Part shown: piece by piece, positions 19,000 to 32,631 of the stretch
Layout of the letters: every line of letters begins with the position of its first letter
Position numbering within the stretch: position 1 is the stretch's first letter
Source of the DNA: an uncultured delta proteobacterium
Lineage (GTDB): Bacteria; Myxococcota_A; Polyangia; Polyangiales; JAFGIB01
Direction of reading: 5' to 3'
NCBI GenBank assembly: GCA_963778655.1
Contig: CAVZVA010000005.1
Span: forward strand, 96,001 to 160,000
Length of the DNA stretch: 64,000 nt
Position numbers and translations under genes: made by a program
The notes under the pieces: model-generated
The model's input: the letters and a program-made list of their open reading frames with translations, nothing else
Databases searched by the model: none
What the model was told of the DNA's origin: nothing

Positions 19000-20926
19000 A
19001 TGGCGTTTCGGTTCAGCGCGTTCGAGGTCGATTTCCAGCTCTACGAGCTCCGCCGCGACGGCGAGGCGGTGCGCATCGATCGCAAGGTCTTCGACCTGTT
19101 GCGCTATCTGGTCGAGCACCGCGATCGGGTGGTCGAGAAGCAGGAGTTGCTGCGCGAGGTGTGGGGCGGCGACGTGGTGGTCGACGCGGTCGTGCCCACG
19201 GCGGTCGCCCGGCTGCGCAGGGCGCTCGGCCAGCGCGGTGCGGAGAGCGCGCCGAATCCAGACCGTGCACGGCCGCGGTTACCGCTTCAGCGCCGAGCTC
19301 GCGGTCGCGCCGGTGCGCCGCAGCGCGCAGCCCGAGAGTGGGCGCCCGTCTTTGTTGGTCGACACCGACCTGCATCCCGGCCTGCGCGACCCGTTCGTGG
19401 GCCGCGACGCGCTGATGCAGCGGCTCGGCGGTGCGCTCGACAAAGCGCTTGCGGGCATCCCGCGGGCGCGCCTGCTGGTCGGTGAGCCGGGCATCGGCAA
19501 GACCCGGGTGTGCCAGGAGCTGGCCGCGCGTGCGCGCGAAGCGGGCGCTCGCGTGTGGAGCGGGCGCTGCTACGAGGCCGACCGCGGCGAGCCGCTGTGG
19601 CCCTGGATCCAGATCTTGCGCCAGGCGGTCGACCCCGCCGCCACCGAGGCGCTGAACGGGCTGCCGCCCGCGGCGCGCGCGGAGCTGAGCATGCTGGTGC
19701 CCGAGCTGGAGCGCGCGAGCCTGCCGCCTCCGGCGGTGCTGCCGCCTCCGGCGGCGCCCGGCGCCGAGCCGGCTGCGCGCGCGCCCGTGCAGCCCGGGCT
19801 GTCGCTGTTCGACGCCATCACGCGCTTCGTACGCGCGTCCGCGCAACGGGTGCCGCTGCTGCTGGTGCTCGATGATCTGCACTGGGCAGACACCGCTACG
19901 CTCTCGCTGCTCGGGTACCTGCTCGACGAGCTGGGCAGCGCGCGCGTGCTGGTGCTGGGCACCTTTCGCGACGCCGAGCTGGAGCCCGGCCATCCCCACA
20001 CCGCCTTGCTCGACCGGTTGGAGCGCAACGCGGCCTTCAAGCGCATCGCGCTCTCCGGGCTGCTGGTCGACGACGTGGCGTGCTACGTGAACGAGCTGAC
20101 GGGCCAATCCGCGCCCCCGGAGCTCGCCCGCAAGCTCCACGAGCGCACCGCGGGCAACCCCTTCTTCGTGCGCGAGACGGTGCGCGCGCTCACCACCGAC
20201 GCGCTGGCCGAGGGGCACCTGCGTGTGTTTGAGATCGCGCTGCCGGAGAGCGCGCGCGACGTGATCCGCAGGCGCGTGCTGCTGCTGCCGGAGGCCGCGC
20301 AACAGGTGCTGCAGGCGGGCAGCGTGCTCGGCCTGCGCTTCGAGCTGGGCCTGCTCGGGGCGATGCTCGAGCTGGACAGTGCGGCGCTGCTGGCCGCGCT
20401 CGACCGGGCGCTGGCCGCGCGCCTATTGTTCCGCGCCGACCAGGGCGTGGCGGGCATGGCGTTCGCGCACGCGGTGGTGCGCGACACCGTCTACGACGAC
20501 TTGCCCAGCACCCGTAAGTGCGAGCTGCACCTGCGCGCCGGCGAAGCGCTGGAGCAGCAGCGCAGCCACCGGCCCGCGTCCGCGGCCGAGATCGCGCTGC
20601 ACTACTACCGCGCGCTGCCGCACGGGGACGGCAACAAGGCCTTCGAGCATGGCAAGCGCGCCGCCGAGCAGGCGGCGGCCGCGGGCGAGCACGAGCTGGC
20701 CGCCGATTTCTACCGCCGCGCTTACGAGGGCCTGTCCTTCGTGCAGGGCGCCGACGCCAATCGCAGCGCCGAGGTCATGCTCGGCCTGGGCCGCGCGCAC
20801 CGCGAGAGCGGCCATCCAACCGCCGCGCGCGAAGCGCTCGACCGCGTGCTCGAGCTGAGCCAGGTGGCGGGCGCATCCGAGGCCTGGGCCAAAGCCGCCC
20901 GCCGCGAGCTCGAACGCCTGCGCTGA
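19000..20926 (+). pseudogene. OmpR/CadC-type wHTH + AAA ATPase + TPR regulator, frameshifted at 19255-19256
   Basis: FRFSAFEVD..KVFDLLRYL..RLRRAL in one frame; IQTVHGRGYRF, Walker A GEPGIGKT, LDDLHWAD and GNPFFV in the next. One extra A in GCCGAATCCAG. Confidence 0.8.
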
Positions 20927-20938
20927 GCCCGCGGGTCC

Positions 20939-22513
<1,575 letters not shown>

Positions 22514-22629
22514 CGCCGACCGGGGCGCTAGCTTGGACAGGATCCGGGGGAAAGCAAGTCAGGCGGCGCGGCGCTGCGGGGCCGCTGCGGCTTTCCCTTC
22601 CCGTGGTTTGTCGCTACACCCGGCGGGCC

Positions 22630-23727
22630 ATGCTCTACCGCGCCCTGCTGCGGCCGCTGCTGTTTCTGCTGCCTGCCGAGACGGCGCACCGTCTGGCGCT
22701 GGGGGCGCTCGGCCTGCTGGCTCGCCTGCCCGGGGGCAGCGCGCTGCTTTCGCTGTGGTACGGCCGGCCCGATCCGTCGCTGCGCGTGCGCGCGTTCGGC
22801 CGCGAGCTGGCCTCGCCGCTGGGGCTCGCGGCCGGTCTCGACAAGGACGGCGAGGCCTGCGCGCCGCTCGCTGCGCTCGGCTTCGGCTTCGTCGAGGTCG
22901 GCACGCTGACCGCGCTGCCCCAGCCGGGCAACCCGCGCCCGCGCCTGTTCCGGTTGCGGCGTGATCGCGCGCTGGTCAACCGCATGGGCTTCAACAACCA
23001 CGGCGCGGCCGCCGCCGCGCGCAGGCTGGCGCAGCCCGCACGCCGGCCTCCAGTGCTCGGCCTCAACATCGGCAGGAGCAAGCTCGCGTCCGACGATCAG
23101 GCGGTCGCCGACTACGTGACCAGCGCGGGGTTGCTGGCGCCGTGCGCGGACTACGTGGTGGTCAACGTGAGCTCACCCAACACGCCTGGGCTGCGCGACC
23201 TGCAGGCGGTGGAGCGGCTGCGTCCGCTGCTGCTTGCGGTGCGCGAGGCGCTCGACGCCGCCTCGGCCGGCCGCCGCGTGCCGCTGCTGGTCAAGATCGC
23301 GCCCGACCTCGCCGACCCGGACATCGACGCCATCGCGGATCTCGCGCTCGGGCTCGGGCTCGACGGCATCGTCGCCGTCAACACCACGCTGGCGCGCGCC
23401 GGGCTGCGCAGCGCGCCGGCGCAGCTGGAGCGCTGCGGCACCGGCGGGTTGTCGGGGGCACCGCTGGCCGCGCGCGCGCTCGAGGTGCTGCGCCGGTTGC
23501 ACGCGCGCGTCGGCAACAGGCTCACGCTGGTTTCGGTGGGCGGAATCGAGAGTGCCGAGGATGCCTGGGAGCGGCTGAGCGCGGGCGCCGCGCTGGTTCA
23601 GGTCTACACCGCGCTGGTGTACCAGGGCCCCGGTCTGCCGCGCGCCATCAACGCGGGGCTTGCGCGGCGGCTGCGGGAGGCTGGCCGCGGCAGCCTGGCG
23701 GACCTCAGGGCGGGCATCCAGGGGTGA
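22630..23727 (+). CDS. pyrD: Quinone-dependent dihydroorotate dehydrogenase (class 2)
   Basis: [46 protein letters not shown]. Confidence 0.96.
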   Translation: MLYRALLRPLLFLLPAETAHRLALGALGLLARLPGGSALLSLWYGRPDPSLRVRAFGRELASPLGLAAGLDKDGEACAPLAALGFGFVEVGTLTALPQPGNPRPRLFRLRRDRALVNRMGFNNHGAAAAARRLAQPARRPPVLGLNIGRSKLASDDQAVADYVTSAGLLAPCADYVVVNVSSPNTPGLRDLQAVERLRPLLLAVREALDAASAGRRVPLLVKIAPDLADPDIDAIADLALGLGLDGIVAVNTTLARAGLRSAPAQLERCGTGGLSGAPLAARALEVLRRLHARVGNRLTLVSVGGIESAEDAWERLSAGAALVQVYTALVYQGPGLPRAINAGLARRLREAGRGSLADLRAGIQG

Positions 23728-23974
23728 CGGCGCGGTTTCGGTTCTGTTAACACTGGTCGCCTGGCCTAGCGAGCACGTGTCCCGAAGCCCAAAAGTGGCG
23801 CCCGCCTTGTTTTTTGCGGTGCGACCCGTGGCGAACCGTGCTAATCGCTGGCTTCTCGGCCGAGCGGCCTGAGATAGCTCTCGAACCAGGGCCAAAGGCT
23901 GTTCCGCCGAATGTTCTGGTTGACGAAATCGTGAATGCCCTAGTAATCAATCGGTTGATAGCAGGACTTGCCTC

Positions 23975-24490
23975 ATGAAACAGCGTCGCGACGAGCTCGG
24001 GCTCGATGACATCGATCGCCGTATCCTGGTCCTGCTGCAGGAGGACTGTAAAATTCCTCTTGCAAAGATCGGCGAGAAGGTCGGGCTGTCGGCGCCCTCG
24101 GTGGTCGATCGCGTGCGCAAGCTGGAGTCCGAAGGCTTCATCACCGGCTACCACGCCCAGCTCGATGCCCGGCGGCTGGGCATGGACATCACGGCCTTCA
24201 TCGGGGTGTCGGTCGGCCACACCCGCGGCATCGCCGTGTTCGAGCAGCAGCTGCAGCACCTGCCGGACGTGCTCGAGTGCCACCACGTGACCGGCGGCTA
24301 CACCTTGCTGCTCAAGGTCAAGACGCACGACACCCAGTCGCTCGAGCATCTGATCCGCTCGCTGCGCTCGATCGAGGGCGTGGAGCGGACCGAGACCAGC
24401 GTCGTGCTCTCGACCAAGATCGAGAAGAGCGGCGTGGGCGGCGCGGCCGTCGATCCGCCGGCGCAGCGGCCGGCGCTGGTACGGGCCTGA
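23975..24490 (+). CDS. Lrp/AsnC family transcriptional regulator
   Basis: [35 protein letters not shown]. Confidence 0.93.
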   Translation: MKQRRDELGLDDIDRRILVLLQEDCKIPLAKIGEKVGLSAPSVVDRVRKLESEGFITGYHAQLDARRLGMDITAFIGVSVGHTRGIAVFEQQLQHLPDVLECHHVTGGYTLLLKVKTHDTQSLEHLIRSLRSIEGVERTETSVVLSTKIEKSGVGGAAVDPPAQRPALVRA

Positions 24491-24561
24491 GCGGTGGGAC
24501 ACCAATGGGAAACGGGGGACCGGGCAATCGCGCACGGGGACGAGCAGGCGGGAGCAAGGGG

Positions 24562-27500
24562 ATGACCGGACTGAGCCTTGAACAGAGGGAGGAGCTGCTG
24601 CGCGCCGCGCAGCAGCACGGGATGTACAGCCACGACCCGGAGCGCGACGCCTGCGGCATGGGCTTCGTCGCGCACATCAAGGGCCAGAAGTCTCACGCTA
24701 TTCTGGAACACGCGCTGACCGTGCTGGAGAACCTGACGCACCGCGGCGCCACCGGCTGCGACCCGTGCACCGGCGACGGCGCGGGTATCTCGGCTCAGAT
24801 TCCGCACCGATTCTTCGCGCGGGTCTGCGCGGAGCAGGGGTTCACGCTGCCCGGGGCCGGTCGTTACGGCGTCGGCATGCTGTTCATGCCCTCGAACGAA
24901 GACGAGCTCGCGCGCGCTGTCGCCCTGATCGACGAGATCTGCGCGCGCGAGGGGGTGCCGGCGCTCGGCTGGCGCAGGGTGCCGATCGATCCGCAGGCCT
25001 GCGGCGACAGCGCGCGCGAGTCGCTGCCGGCGATCCGCCAGCTCTTCGTCGCGGCGCCGGCCGAGATGGATGCCGAATCCTTCGAGCGCAAGCTCTACGT
25101 GCTGCGACGCTGCCTGGAGAACGGCGTGCGCGAGCTCGCCCTGCACCAGGGCGCGCGTTTCTACGCTTGCAGCCTCTCCAGCCGCACGATCGTCTACAAG
25201 GGGCTGCTGATCGCCGATCAGATCCCGCGTTTCTACCTCGACCTCGGGGCCGAAGACTTCGAGACCGCGATCGCGCTGGTGCACTCGCGCTTCAGCACCA
25301 ACACCTTTCCGAGCTGGGCGCGCGCCCATCCCTATCGCTACATCTGCCACAACGGCGAGATCAACACGCTGCGCGGCAACCGCAACTGGATGCGTGCGCG
25401 CCAGAACCAATTCGTCTCCGACAAGTTCGGCGACGACATCAAGAAGTTGCTGCCGATCATCAACGAGGGCGGCAGCGACTCGGAGAGCTTCGACAACGCG
25501 CTCGAGCTGCTGGTCCGCAGCGGGCGTTCGCTGCCGCACGCGGTGATGATGATGATCCCGGAGGCGTGGCAGCAGCACGAGGCCATGAACGAGCAGAAGC
25601 GCGCGTTCTACGAGTACCACGCCTGTATGATGGAGCCGTGGGACGGGCCCGCCTCGATCGCGTTCACCAACGGAACCGTGGTGGGTGCGGTGCTGGACCG
25701 CAACGGTCTGCGTCCTTCGCGCTACGTAGTGACCAAGGACGACGTCGTCGTGATGGCGTCGGAGGTCGGCGTGGTCGACATTGCCCCCGAGGACGTGCTG
25801 GTCAAGAGCCGGCTCGAGCCCGGCCGCATGTTCCTGGTCGACACCGCGCAGGGTCGGATCGTCGCCGACGAGGAGATTAAAGGCGGTATCGCGGAGCGCA
25901 AGCCGTACGGCAAGTGGCTGCGCGAGAACATGCTGCGGCTCGCCGACCTGCCGGAGCCCGACCCAGAGCGGCTGCCCTCCGTGCTCGATCACCAGACCCT
26001 GCTACTGCGGCAGCGGGTCCACGGCTACACACGCGAGGACATCCGCCTGATCGTCCGCCCGATGGCCCAAAACGGCGAGGAGGCGATCGGCTCGATGGGC
26101 AACGACACGCCGCTGGCGGTGCTGTCGGATCGACCGCAACTGCTGTTCAACTACTTCAAGCAGCAGTTCGCCCAGGTCACCAATCCGCCGATCGACTCGC
26201 TGCGCGAAAACCTGGTGATGTCGCTGCGCACCACGCTGGGCGCTGAGCAGAACCTGTTCGACGAGACGCCCGAGCACTGCCACCAGCTGCAACTCGACCG
26301 TCCCATCCTGACCAACGCCGAGCTGCTGGCGATCAAGAATTTGGACCACCGCGGCCTGCGCACCCGCGTGCTCGGCGCGCTGTTCGAGGTGGCCCGCGGC
26401 GGCGAAGGACTGCGGGAGGCGATCGACGCGCTGTGCGCCGGCGCCGAGCAGGCGATCGACCACGGCTACACCATCCTGGTGCTCAGCGATCGCAAGCACG
26501 ACCGCAAGCTCGCACCGATTCCCTCGCTGCTCGCGACCTCGGCCGTGCACCACCACCTGATCCGCGCCGGCAAGCGCACTCGCTGCGGGCTGGTGGTCGA
26601 GTCGGGCGAGCCGCGCGAGGTGCAGCAGATGTGTCTGCTGCTCGGCTATGGCGCCGGCGCGATCAATCCGTACCTGGCGTTCGAGATCATCCATAGCCAG
26701 GACCAGCAGGAGCTGCTGCGCAAGCTCGACGCCGACTCGGCGATCAAGAACTACATCAAGGCCTGTGACAAGGGCGTGCTCAAGGTGATGTCCAAGATGG
26801 GCATCTCCACGCTGCAGAGCTACCGCGGCGCGCAGATCTTCGAGGCGATCGGGCTCAGTGGCGATCTGGTCGAGCGCTACTTCACCTGGACCGCGTCGCG
26901 CATCGAGGGTGTGGGGCTCACCGAGATCGCCACCGAGTGCGCGCTCCGGCACCACCTGGCTTGGGAGGTGCCCGCGGTGCTCAACCCGGAGCTCGAGCTG
27001 GGCGGCGTTTACCAGTGGCGGCGCCGCGGCGAGCTCCACATGTACAACCCGCAGAGCGTGGCTTCGCTACAGCACGCGGTCCGCTCGGGTAGCTACCCGC
27101 TGTTCAAGAAGTACAGCGCCGGCGTCAACGAGAACAGCAAGAAACTGTGCACGATCCGCGGCCTGCTGTCGTTCAAGCCCGGCAAGCCGGTCCCGATCGA
27201 GGAGGTCGAGCCGGCGCGCGAGATCGTCAAGCGCTTCAAGACCGGGGCGATGTCGTTCGGCTCGATCTCGAAGGAGGCGCACGAGAACATCGCGATCGCG
27301 ATGAACCGCCTGGGCGCGCGCTCGAACACCGGCGAGGGCGGCGAGGACGCGGCGCGCTACGTGCCCGACGTCAACGGCGACTCGCGGCGCAGCGCGATCA
27401 AGCAGGTCGCCTCGGGCCGCTTCGGCGTCACCAGCTTCTATCTGGTCAACAGCGACGAGCTGCAGATCAAGATGGCGCAGGGCGCCAAGCCGGGGGAGGG

Positions 27501-29130
27501 CGGCCAGCTGCCCGGGCACAAGGTCGACAAGATGATCGCGCGCGTGCGCTTCTCGACGCCGGGCGTGGACCTGATCTCGCCGCCGCCGCACCACGACATC
27601 TACTCGATCGAGGACCTGGCGCAGCTGATCCACGACTTGAAGAACGCCAACGACCGAGCGCGCATCAGCGTCAAGCTGGTCTCCGAGGTGGGCGTGGGCA
27701 CGGTGGCGGCCGGTGTGGCCAAGGCCAAGGCCGACCTGGTGCTGATCAGCGGCGACTCGGGCGGCACCGGTGCCTCGCCGCTGACCTCGATCAAGCATGC
27801 GGGTACGCCCTGGGAGCTGGGGCTCGCCGAGGCCCAGCAGACGCTGGTGGCCAACGGCCTGCGCTCGCGCATCCGGGTCGAGACCGACGGCCAGCTCAAG
27901 ACCGGGCGCGACGTCGCGGTCGCGGCCCTGCTGGGCGCCGAGGAGTTCGGCTTCGGCACCGCCGCGCTGGTGTCGAGCGGCTGCATCCTGATGCGGGTCT
28001 GCCACCTCAATACTTGCCCGGTGGGCGTGGCCACCCAGGATCCGGAGCTGCGCAAGCGCTTCACCGGCCAGCCCGAGCACGTGATCAACTTCATGCTGTT
28101 CGTCGCCGAAGAGCTGCGCGAGATCATGGCCGAGCTCGGGTTCCGCAGCTTGACCGAGATGGTCGGGCGGGTCGACATGCTGGAGGCCCAGCAGGCGATC
28201 GAGCACTACAAGGCCAAGGGGCTCGACCTCGGGCGCGTGCTGCACAAGCCGCAGGTGCCGCCCGGCACCTCCTTGTGCTGCTCGGAGGGCCAGCAGCACG
28301 GGTTGGAAGGCGCGCTCGATCACAAGCTGATCGAGCTGTGCAAGCCGGCGCTGGAGCGCGGGCACAAGGTCAGGCACGAGCTGCCCATTCGCAACGTCAA
28401 CCGCACCACCTGCACCATGTTGTCGGCGGAGATCTCGCGTCGCTACGGCGCCGAGGGTCTGGGGCCCGATACCATCGAGTTGGTGTTTCGCGGCTCGGCG
28501 GGCCAGAGCTTCGGCGCGTTCATGGCCAACGGCATCTCGGTGCGGATCGAGGGCGACGCCAACGACTACGTGGGCAAGGGGCTCTCGGGCGGCCGCATCG
28601 TGATCGTCCCGCCGGCGGGCAGCGCGTTTGTGGCCGAGGAGAACATCATCGCGGGCAACGTCGCGCTGTACGGGGCCACCGGCGGCGAGCTGTTCCTGCG
28701 CGGTCGCGCGGGCGAGCGCTTCTGCGTGCGCAACAGCGGTGCCACCGCGGTGGTCGAAGGCGTTGGCGATCACGGCTGCGAGTACATGACCCGGGGCGTC
28801 GCGCTGATCCTGGGCAAGACCGGCCGAAACTTCGCCGCCGGGATGAGCGGCGGCGTGGCCTACGTGCTCGACGAGGACGGTGGCTTCGAGCGGCGCTGCA
28901 ACCATGGGCTGGTGGATCTCGAGCCGCTCGAGCCCGCCGACGAGTTGGTGGTCAAGCGGCTGATCGAGCGCCACCTCGAGCTCACCGGCAGCGGCGTGGC
29001 GCTGCGCTTGCTGCGCAGCTGGGCCGAGACGGCGAGCAAGCTCGTCAAGGTGTTCCCGCGCGACTACAAACGCGTGCTCGCGGAGCAACACTACGATTCG
29101 GAGATCTCCGCGCTGGCCACCGGACCATGA
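24562..29130 (+). CDS. gltB: Glutamate synthase large subunit
   Basis: [45 protein letters not shown], CxxxxxCHLNTCP. Confidence 0.97.
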   Translation: MTGLSLEQREELLRAAQQHGMYSHDPERDACGMGFVAHIKGQKSHAILEHALTVLENLTHRGATGCDPCTGDGAGISAQIPHRFFARVCAEQGFTLPGAGRYGVGMLFMPSNEDELARAVALIDEICAREGVPALGWRRVPIDPQACGDSARESLPAIRQLFVAAPAEMDAESFERKLYVLRRCLENGVRELALHQGARFYACSLSSRTIVYKGLLIADQIPRFYLDLGAEDFETAIALVHSRFSTNTFPSWARAHPYRYICHNGEINTLRGNRNWMRARQNQFVSDKFGDDIKKLLPIINEGGSDSESFDNALELLVRSGRSLPHAVMMMIPEAWQQHEAMNEQKRAFYEYHACMMEPWDGPASIAFTNGTVVGAVLDRNGLRPSRYVVTKDDVVVMASEVGVVDIAPEDVLVKSRLEPGRMFLVDTAQGRIVADEEIKGGIAERKPYGKWLRENMLRLADLPEPDPERLPSVLDHQTLLLRQRVHGYTREDIRLIVRPMAQNGEEAIGSMGNDTPLAVLSDRPQLLFNYFKQQFAQVTNPPIDSLRENLVMSLRTTLGAEQNLFDETPEHCHQLQLDRPILTNAELLAIKNLDHRGLRTRVLGALFEVARGGEGLREAIDALCAGAEQAIDHGYTILVLSDRKHDRKLAPIPSLLATSAVHHHLIRAGKRTRCGLVVESGEPREVQQMCLLLGYGAGAINPYLAFEIIHSQDQQELLRKLDADSAIKNYIKACDKGVLKVMSKMGISTLQSYRGAQIFEAIGLSGDLVERYFTWTASRIEGVGLTEIATECALRHHLAWEVPAVLNPELELGGVYQWRRRGELHMYNPQSVASLQHAVRSGSYPLFKKYSAGVNENSKKLCTIRGLLSFKPGKPVPIEEVEPAREIVKRFKTGAMSFGSISKEAHENIAIAMNRLGARSNTGEGGEDAARYVPDVNGDSRRSAIKQVASGRFGVTSFYLVNSDELQIKMAQGAKPGEGGQLPGHKVDKMIARVRFSTPGVDLISPPPHHDIYSIEDLAQLIHDLKNANDRARISVKLVSEVGVGTVAAGVAKAKADLVLISGDSGGTGASPLTSIKHAGTPWELGLAEAQQTLVANGLRSRIRVETDGQLKTGRDVAVAALLGAEEFGFGTAALVSSGCILMRVCHLNTCPVGVATQDPELRKRFTGQPEHVINFMLFVAEELREIMAELGFRSLTEMVGRVDMLEAQQAIEHYKAKGLDLGRVLHKPQVPPGTSLCCSEGQQHGLEGALDHKLIELCKPALERGHKVRHELPIRNVNRTTCTMLSAEISRRYGAEGLGPDTIELVFRGSAGQSFGAFMANGISVRIEGDANDYVGKGLSGGRIVIVPPAGSAFVAEENIIAGNVALYGATGGELFLRGRAGERFCVRNSGATAVVEGVGDHGCEYMTRGVALILGKTGRNFAAGMSGGVAYVLDEDGGFERRCNHGLVDLEPLEPADELVVKRLIERHLELTGSGVALRLLRSWAETASKLVKVFPRDYKRVLAEQHYDSEISALATGP

Positions 29131-29147
29131 GGACGCGGGAGCACGTC

Positions 29148-30617
29148 ATGGGCAAGATCAAGGGATTTCTGGAGTTTCACCGCGAGAAGCCGTCGCGGCG
29201 GCCGGTTCGCGAGCGGCTGCGCGACTGGAGCGAGTTCGAGGGCGACCTCGATCCGGAGAAGATCCGCGAGCAGGGCGGGCGCTGCATGGATTGCGGCATC
29301 CCCTTCTGTCATTCGGGCTGTCCGCTCGGCAACGTGATCCCCGATTGGAACGACTTCGTCTGGCGCGATCGTTGGCCGCAGGCTGCCAGGAGGCTGCACT
29401 CGACCAACAATTTCCCCGAGATGACGGGTCGTATCTGCCCAGCGCCGTGCGAGGAGGCCTGCACGCTCAACATCGGGCGCGAGCCGGTGACGATCAAGCA
29501 GATCGAGCGCCAGATCGCCGACTACGCCATCGATCACGGACTGCTTACGCCGCAGGTTTCGCCGCACAAGACCGGCAAGCGGGTCGCCGTAGTGGGCTCG
29601 GGGCCGGCGGGGTTGGCCTGCGCGCAGCAGCTCGCGCGCGCCGGGCACTCGCCCACGGTGTTCGAGCGCGACGACCGCATCGGCGGCCTGCTGCGCTACG
29701 GCATCCCGGAGTTCAAGATGGAGAAGCACTTCATCGACGGCCGCGTCGAGCAGATGCAGGCCGAAGGTGTGGTCTTTCGGCCCAGCACCAACGTGGGCGT
29801 CGATTACCCGCTGGCGCAGCTGCGCAAGGAGTTCGACGCGATCGTGCTGGCCGGCGGCGCGACCCAGGCGCGCGATCTGCCGGTACCCGGCCGCGAGCTC
29901 AAGGGGGTGCACTTCGCGATGGAGTTGCTGACGCAGCAGAACCGGGTGTGCGAGGGCGACGAAGTGTCCGACCAGATCAGCGCCAAGGGCAAGCGCGTGG
30001 TGATCCTCGGCGGCGGCGACACCGGCTCGGACTGTTTGGGCACGAGCAACCGCCAGGGCGCGCTCTCGGTGCACCAGTTCGAGCTACTGCCCAAGCCGCC
30101 CGACGAGCGAACCGAGGAGATGCCGTGGCCGTACTGGCCGATGATCCTGCGCACCAGCAGCTCGCACGAGGAGGGGGTGGTGCGCGACTTTAGCCTTAAC
30201 ACCGTGCGCTTCGACGGCGACGATCGCGGCCGGGTCCGCAAGCTCCACGCCCAGCGCCTGCGCTGGATCAAGGACGGCTCCGGCCGCCCGCGCATGGAGC
30301 CGGTCCCTGGCGCGGACCTGACGCTCGACGTCGAGCTGGTGCTGCTGGCGATGGGCTTCGTCGGCCCCGAGAAGGGGCCGCTGCTGCAGGGGTTGGGTGT
30401 TGGCTTCACGTCGCGCGGCAACGTGCAAGTCGACGCGAGCTACATGACCTCCGCGCCCGGCGTGTTCTCGTGCGGCGACATGCGACGCGGGCAGTCGCTG
30501 GTGGTGTGGGCGATCTGGGAGGGGCGCGAGTGCGCGCGCGGGGTCGACGCCTACCTGCGGGGGTACACCGATTTGGTCGCCAGCCCCGACATCAACCCGC
30601 TCGTCCTCGATCCGTAG
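29148..30617 (+). CDS. gltD: Glutamate synthase small subunit
   Basis: [50 protein letters not shown]. Confidence 0.96.
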   Translation: MGKIKGFLEFHREKPSRRPVRERLRDWSEFEGDLDPEKIREQGGRCMDCGIPFCHSGCPLGNVIPDWNDFVWRDRWPQAARRLHSTNNFPEMTGRICPAPCEEACTLNIGREPVTIKQIERQIADYAIDHGLLTPQVSPHKTGKRVAVVGSGPAGLACAQQLARAGHSPTVFERDDRIGGLLRYGIPEFKMEKHFIDGRVEQMQAEGVVFRPSTNVGVDYPLAQLRKEFDAIVLAGGATQARDLPVPGRELKGVHFAMELLTQQNRVCEGDEVSDQISAKGKRVVILGGGDTGSDCLGTSNRQGALSVHQFELLPKPPDERTEEMPWPYWPMILRTSSSHEEGVVRDFSLNTVRFDGDDRGRVRKLHAQRLRWIKDGSGRPRMEPVPGADLTLDVELVLLAMGFVGPEKGPLLQGLGVGFTSRGNVQVDASYMTSAPGVFSCGDMRRGQSLVVWAIWEGRECARGVDAYLRGYTDLVASPDINPLVLDP

Positions 30618-30628
30618 GCTACCTTCCC

Positions 30629-30698
30629 AGAATTGACCGGGAAGACGGAAGGCGGGAAGCAGGACCTTCGTCTTCTCTTCCCGCCTTCCTGTGATTCT
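30629..30698. repeat. REP-like family E copy 4
   Basis: AGAATTGACCGGGAAGACGGAAGGCGGGAAG ... CTTCCCGCCTTCCTGTGATTCT. Confidence 0.75.
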
Positions 30699-30716
30699 CC
30701 TCGCTACCCATCCGAT

Positions 30717-31865
30717 ATGCCGCAGTCGAAGCCAAAGCCCGCCGCGCTCGAGCCGCTGCGCAAGCGCATCGACCAGATCGACCGCGAGGTGCTGGAGCTG
30801 CTCGCCCGGCGCACCAGCGTGGTCGCCGAGGTCGCGGCGGTCAAACGCGCCGAGGGCGCGCAGATCCGCGACTTCGAGCGCGAGCGCCAGGTGCTCGACG
30901 ATCGGCGTAGACAGGCCGAGGCGCTCGGCCTGGCGCCCGGGCCGGTCGAGTCGATCTACCGCCAGATCATGCTGGCCAGCCGTGATTACCAGGCGGCGCT
31001 CGGGGCCGGCGCGCCCAAGCCGATCACCCCTAGAAAGGTGGCCGTGATCGGCGGCGCCGGACAGATGGGCACGTTGATCGCACGGCTGTTTCGCGAGCTG
31101 GGCCACGAAGTGTGGATCGCGGACCTCGCGACCGAGCTGAGCCCCGAGCAGGCCGCCGCCAGCGCCGACGTGGTCGTGATCTCGGTGCCGATCCAGGTCA
31201 CGAGCGAGGTGATCGAGAAGCTCGGCCGGCGCGTGCGGCCCGATGCGCTGCTGATGGACGTGACCTCGGTCAAACAGGCGCCGCTGCAGGCGATGCTGCG
31301 CAGCACCCGGGCCAGCGTGATCGGCACCCACCCGATGTTCGGCCCAGGCGTGCACACGCTGCAGGGACAGCGCGTGGTGCTGTGCCGCGGGCGCGGCGAG
31401 AGCTGGCACGCGTGGCTCACGCAGATGCTCGAGGCGCGCGGCCTGGTGGTGACCGAGGCCGCGGCAGACGAGCACGATCGCGCGATGGCGCTGGTCCAGG
31501 TGCTGACCCACTTCCAGACCCAGGTGTTGGGCTGGGCGCTTTCGCGCAGCGGGGTCTCGCTCGAGCTGTCGCGGCGCTTCACTTCGCCCGCGTATCTGAT
31601 GGAGCTGTACGTCGCGGCGCGCCACTTCGCGCAGGACCCCTTGCTTTACGGGCCAATCGAGATGCTCAACCCCGACACCCAGAACGTGACCGCCGCCTTT
31701 CGCCGCGCGGCCGACGAGCTTTCGGAGATCCTGCAGAGCCGCGACCAGGCGCGCTTCAGCCGCATGTTCGACGAGGTGCGCGCCTACTTCGGCGGCTTCG
31801 CCGCCGAGGCGACCGAGCAGTCGAGCTTCATGATCGACCGCCTGATCGAGCGTACCCTGGGGTGA
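30717..31865 (+). CDS. tyrA: Bifunctional chorismate mutase / prephenate dehydrogenase
   Basis: AroQ domain LRKRIDQIDREVLELLARR; IGGAGQMG, DVTSVK, GTHPMFGP, HDRAMA. Confidence 0.92.
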   Translation: MPQSKPKPAALEPLRKRIDQIDREVLELLARRTSVVAEVAAVKRAEGAQIRDFERERQVLDDRRRQAEALGLAPGPVESIYRQIMLASRDYQAALGAGAPKPITPRKVAVIGGAGQMGTLIARLFRELGHEVWIADLATELSPEQAAASADVVVISVPIQVTSEVIEKLGRRVRPDALLMDVTSVKQAPLQAMLRSTRASVIGTHPMFGPGVHTLQGQRVVLCRGRGESWHAWLTQMLEARGLVVTEAAADEHDRAMALVQVLTHFQTQVLGWALSRSGVSLELSRRFTSPAYLMELYVAARHFAQDPLLYGPIEMLNPDTQNVTAAFRRAADELSEILQSRDQARFSRMFDEVRAYFGGFAAEATEQSSFMIDRLIERTLG

Positions 31866-31937
31866 GGCAGAGCAACCAGTCCCGGCGCAGAGCTCCGCTC
31901 GCGCCGGCCGTGCTGCCGGCTGGCGGCAGGTGCGCGA

Positions 31938-32627
31938 TCACGGGTCGTAGAACTTGCTCAGCGGACACATCGGCGGCCTGTCGGGGTGCTCGGGGAGCAG
32001 TGGATCGCCGGTCACGCACACCGCCACCGCGGTTGCGCGTGCGAGCAGGCTGCCCGCCGTTTGCTGTTGGTTGAGCACACAGTAGCCCGGCTTGTCCGAA
32101 GTGCCGCAGTGCGAGAGCCGCGTGATCAGGTCCGCGCACGCACCCTTCGGGAGGTGGGTGTTTGCCTCTTCGAGACAAGTTTGCCGACCGACGCCCTCGC
32201 CGCAGTAGCAGTCGCTGCCGGCGCACTGAAACGCCCAACCACACTCCACGATCGCGCGACATGCCGAGTCCCGGTCGACATCGCCGTCAGGTTCGGTGGA
32301 TGCGCTGTCGAAGCATGCCGCCACCTGGGCTGCGCAGTGGGCGCACGCGCAGGTCGCGATCGGCGTGGGGTCCACCTGCAACAGGACATCGGTGGCCTTG
32401 CACTTTTCGCAGGCCGATCGGTCATCGCCGAACATCGCGCCGTTGCAGATCCGCGTGCCCGCGTCGTCCGCGGTGCAGCCTTCGGGAAGCTGCTGCGAGG
32501 CCTGGTTGCAGGAAACCGGCTTGGGGCAGCCGGCCTCGGGACAGTTGCTTCCGACCTGCGTCTTCTGCTCGCAGGCCACGAGCCCGAAAACCAGCAACGG
32601 AAGGCTCGCAGCCAGAGCGCCGCGCAC
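31938..32627 (-). CDS. Cys-rich lipoprotein of the ECF cluster
   Basis: Lipobox LVAC; many Cys (CACAHC, CAGSDCYC). Confidence 0.7.
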   Translation of the reverse strand: MRGALAASLPLLVFGLVACEQKTQVGSNCPEAGCPKPVSCNQASQQLPEGCTADDAGTRICNGAMFGDDRSACEKCKATDVLLQVDPTPIATCACAHCAAQVAACFDSASTEPDGDVDRDSACRAIVECGWAFQCAGSDCYCGEGVGRQTCLEEANTHLPKGACADLITRLSHCGTSDKPGYCVLNQQQTAGSLLARATAVAVCVTGDPLLPEHPDRPPMCPLSKFYDP

Positions 32628-32631
32628 CTGG

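Noticed and set aside
23754..23894. Possible degenerate hairpin (TGGTCGCCTGG...CCAGGGCCA) resembling the ends of element A
   Set aside because: Pairing is weak and interrupted; more simply the Lrp-gltBD promoter region.
27147..29147. Long N-terminal extension of the 1156-aa ORF containing gltD, and other long overlapping ORFs (e.g. 528-1652, 1775-4303, 49479-51983)
   Set aside because: Alternate-frame or antisense shadows of real genes caused by stop-codon scarcity in GC-rich DNA; Arg/Ala/Pro-rich with no motifs.
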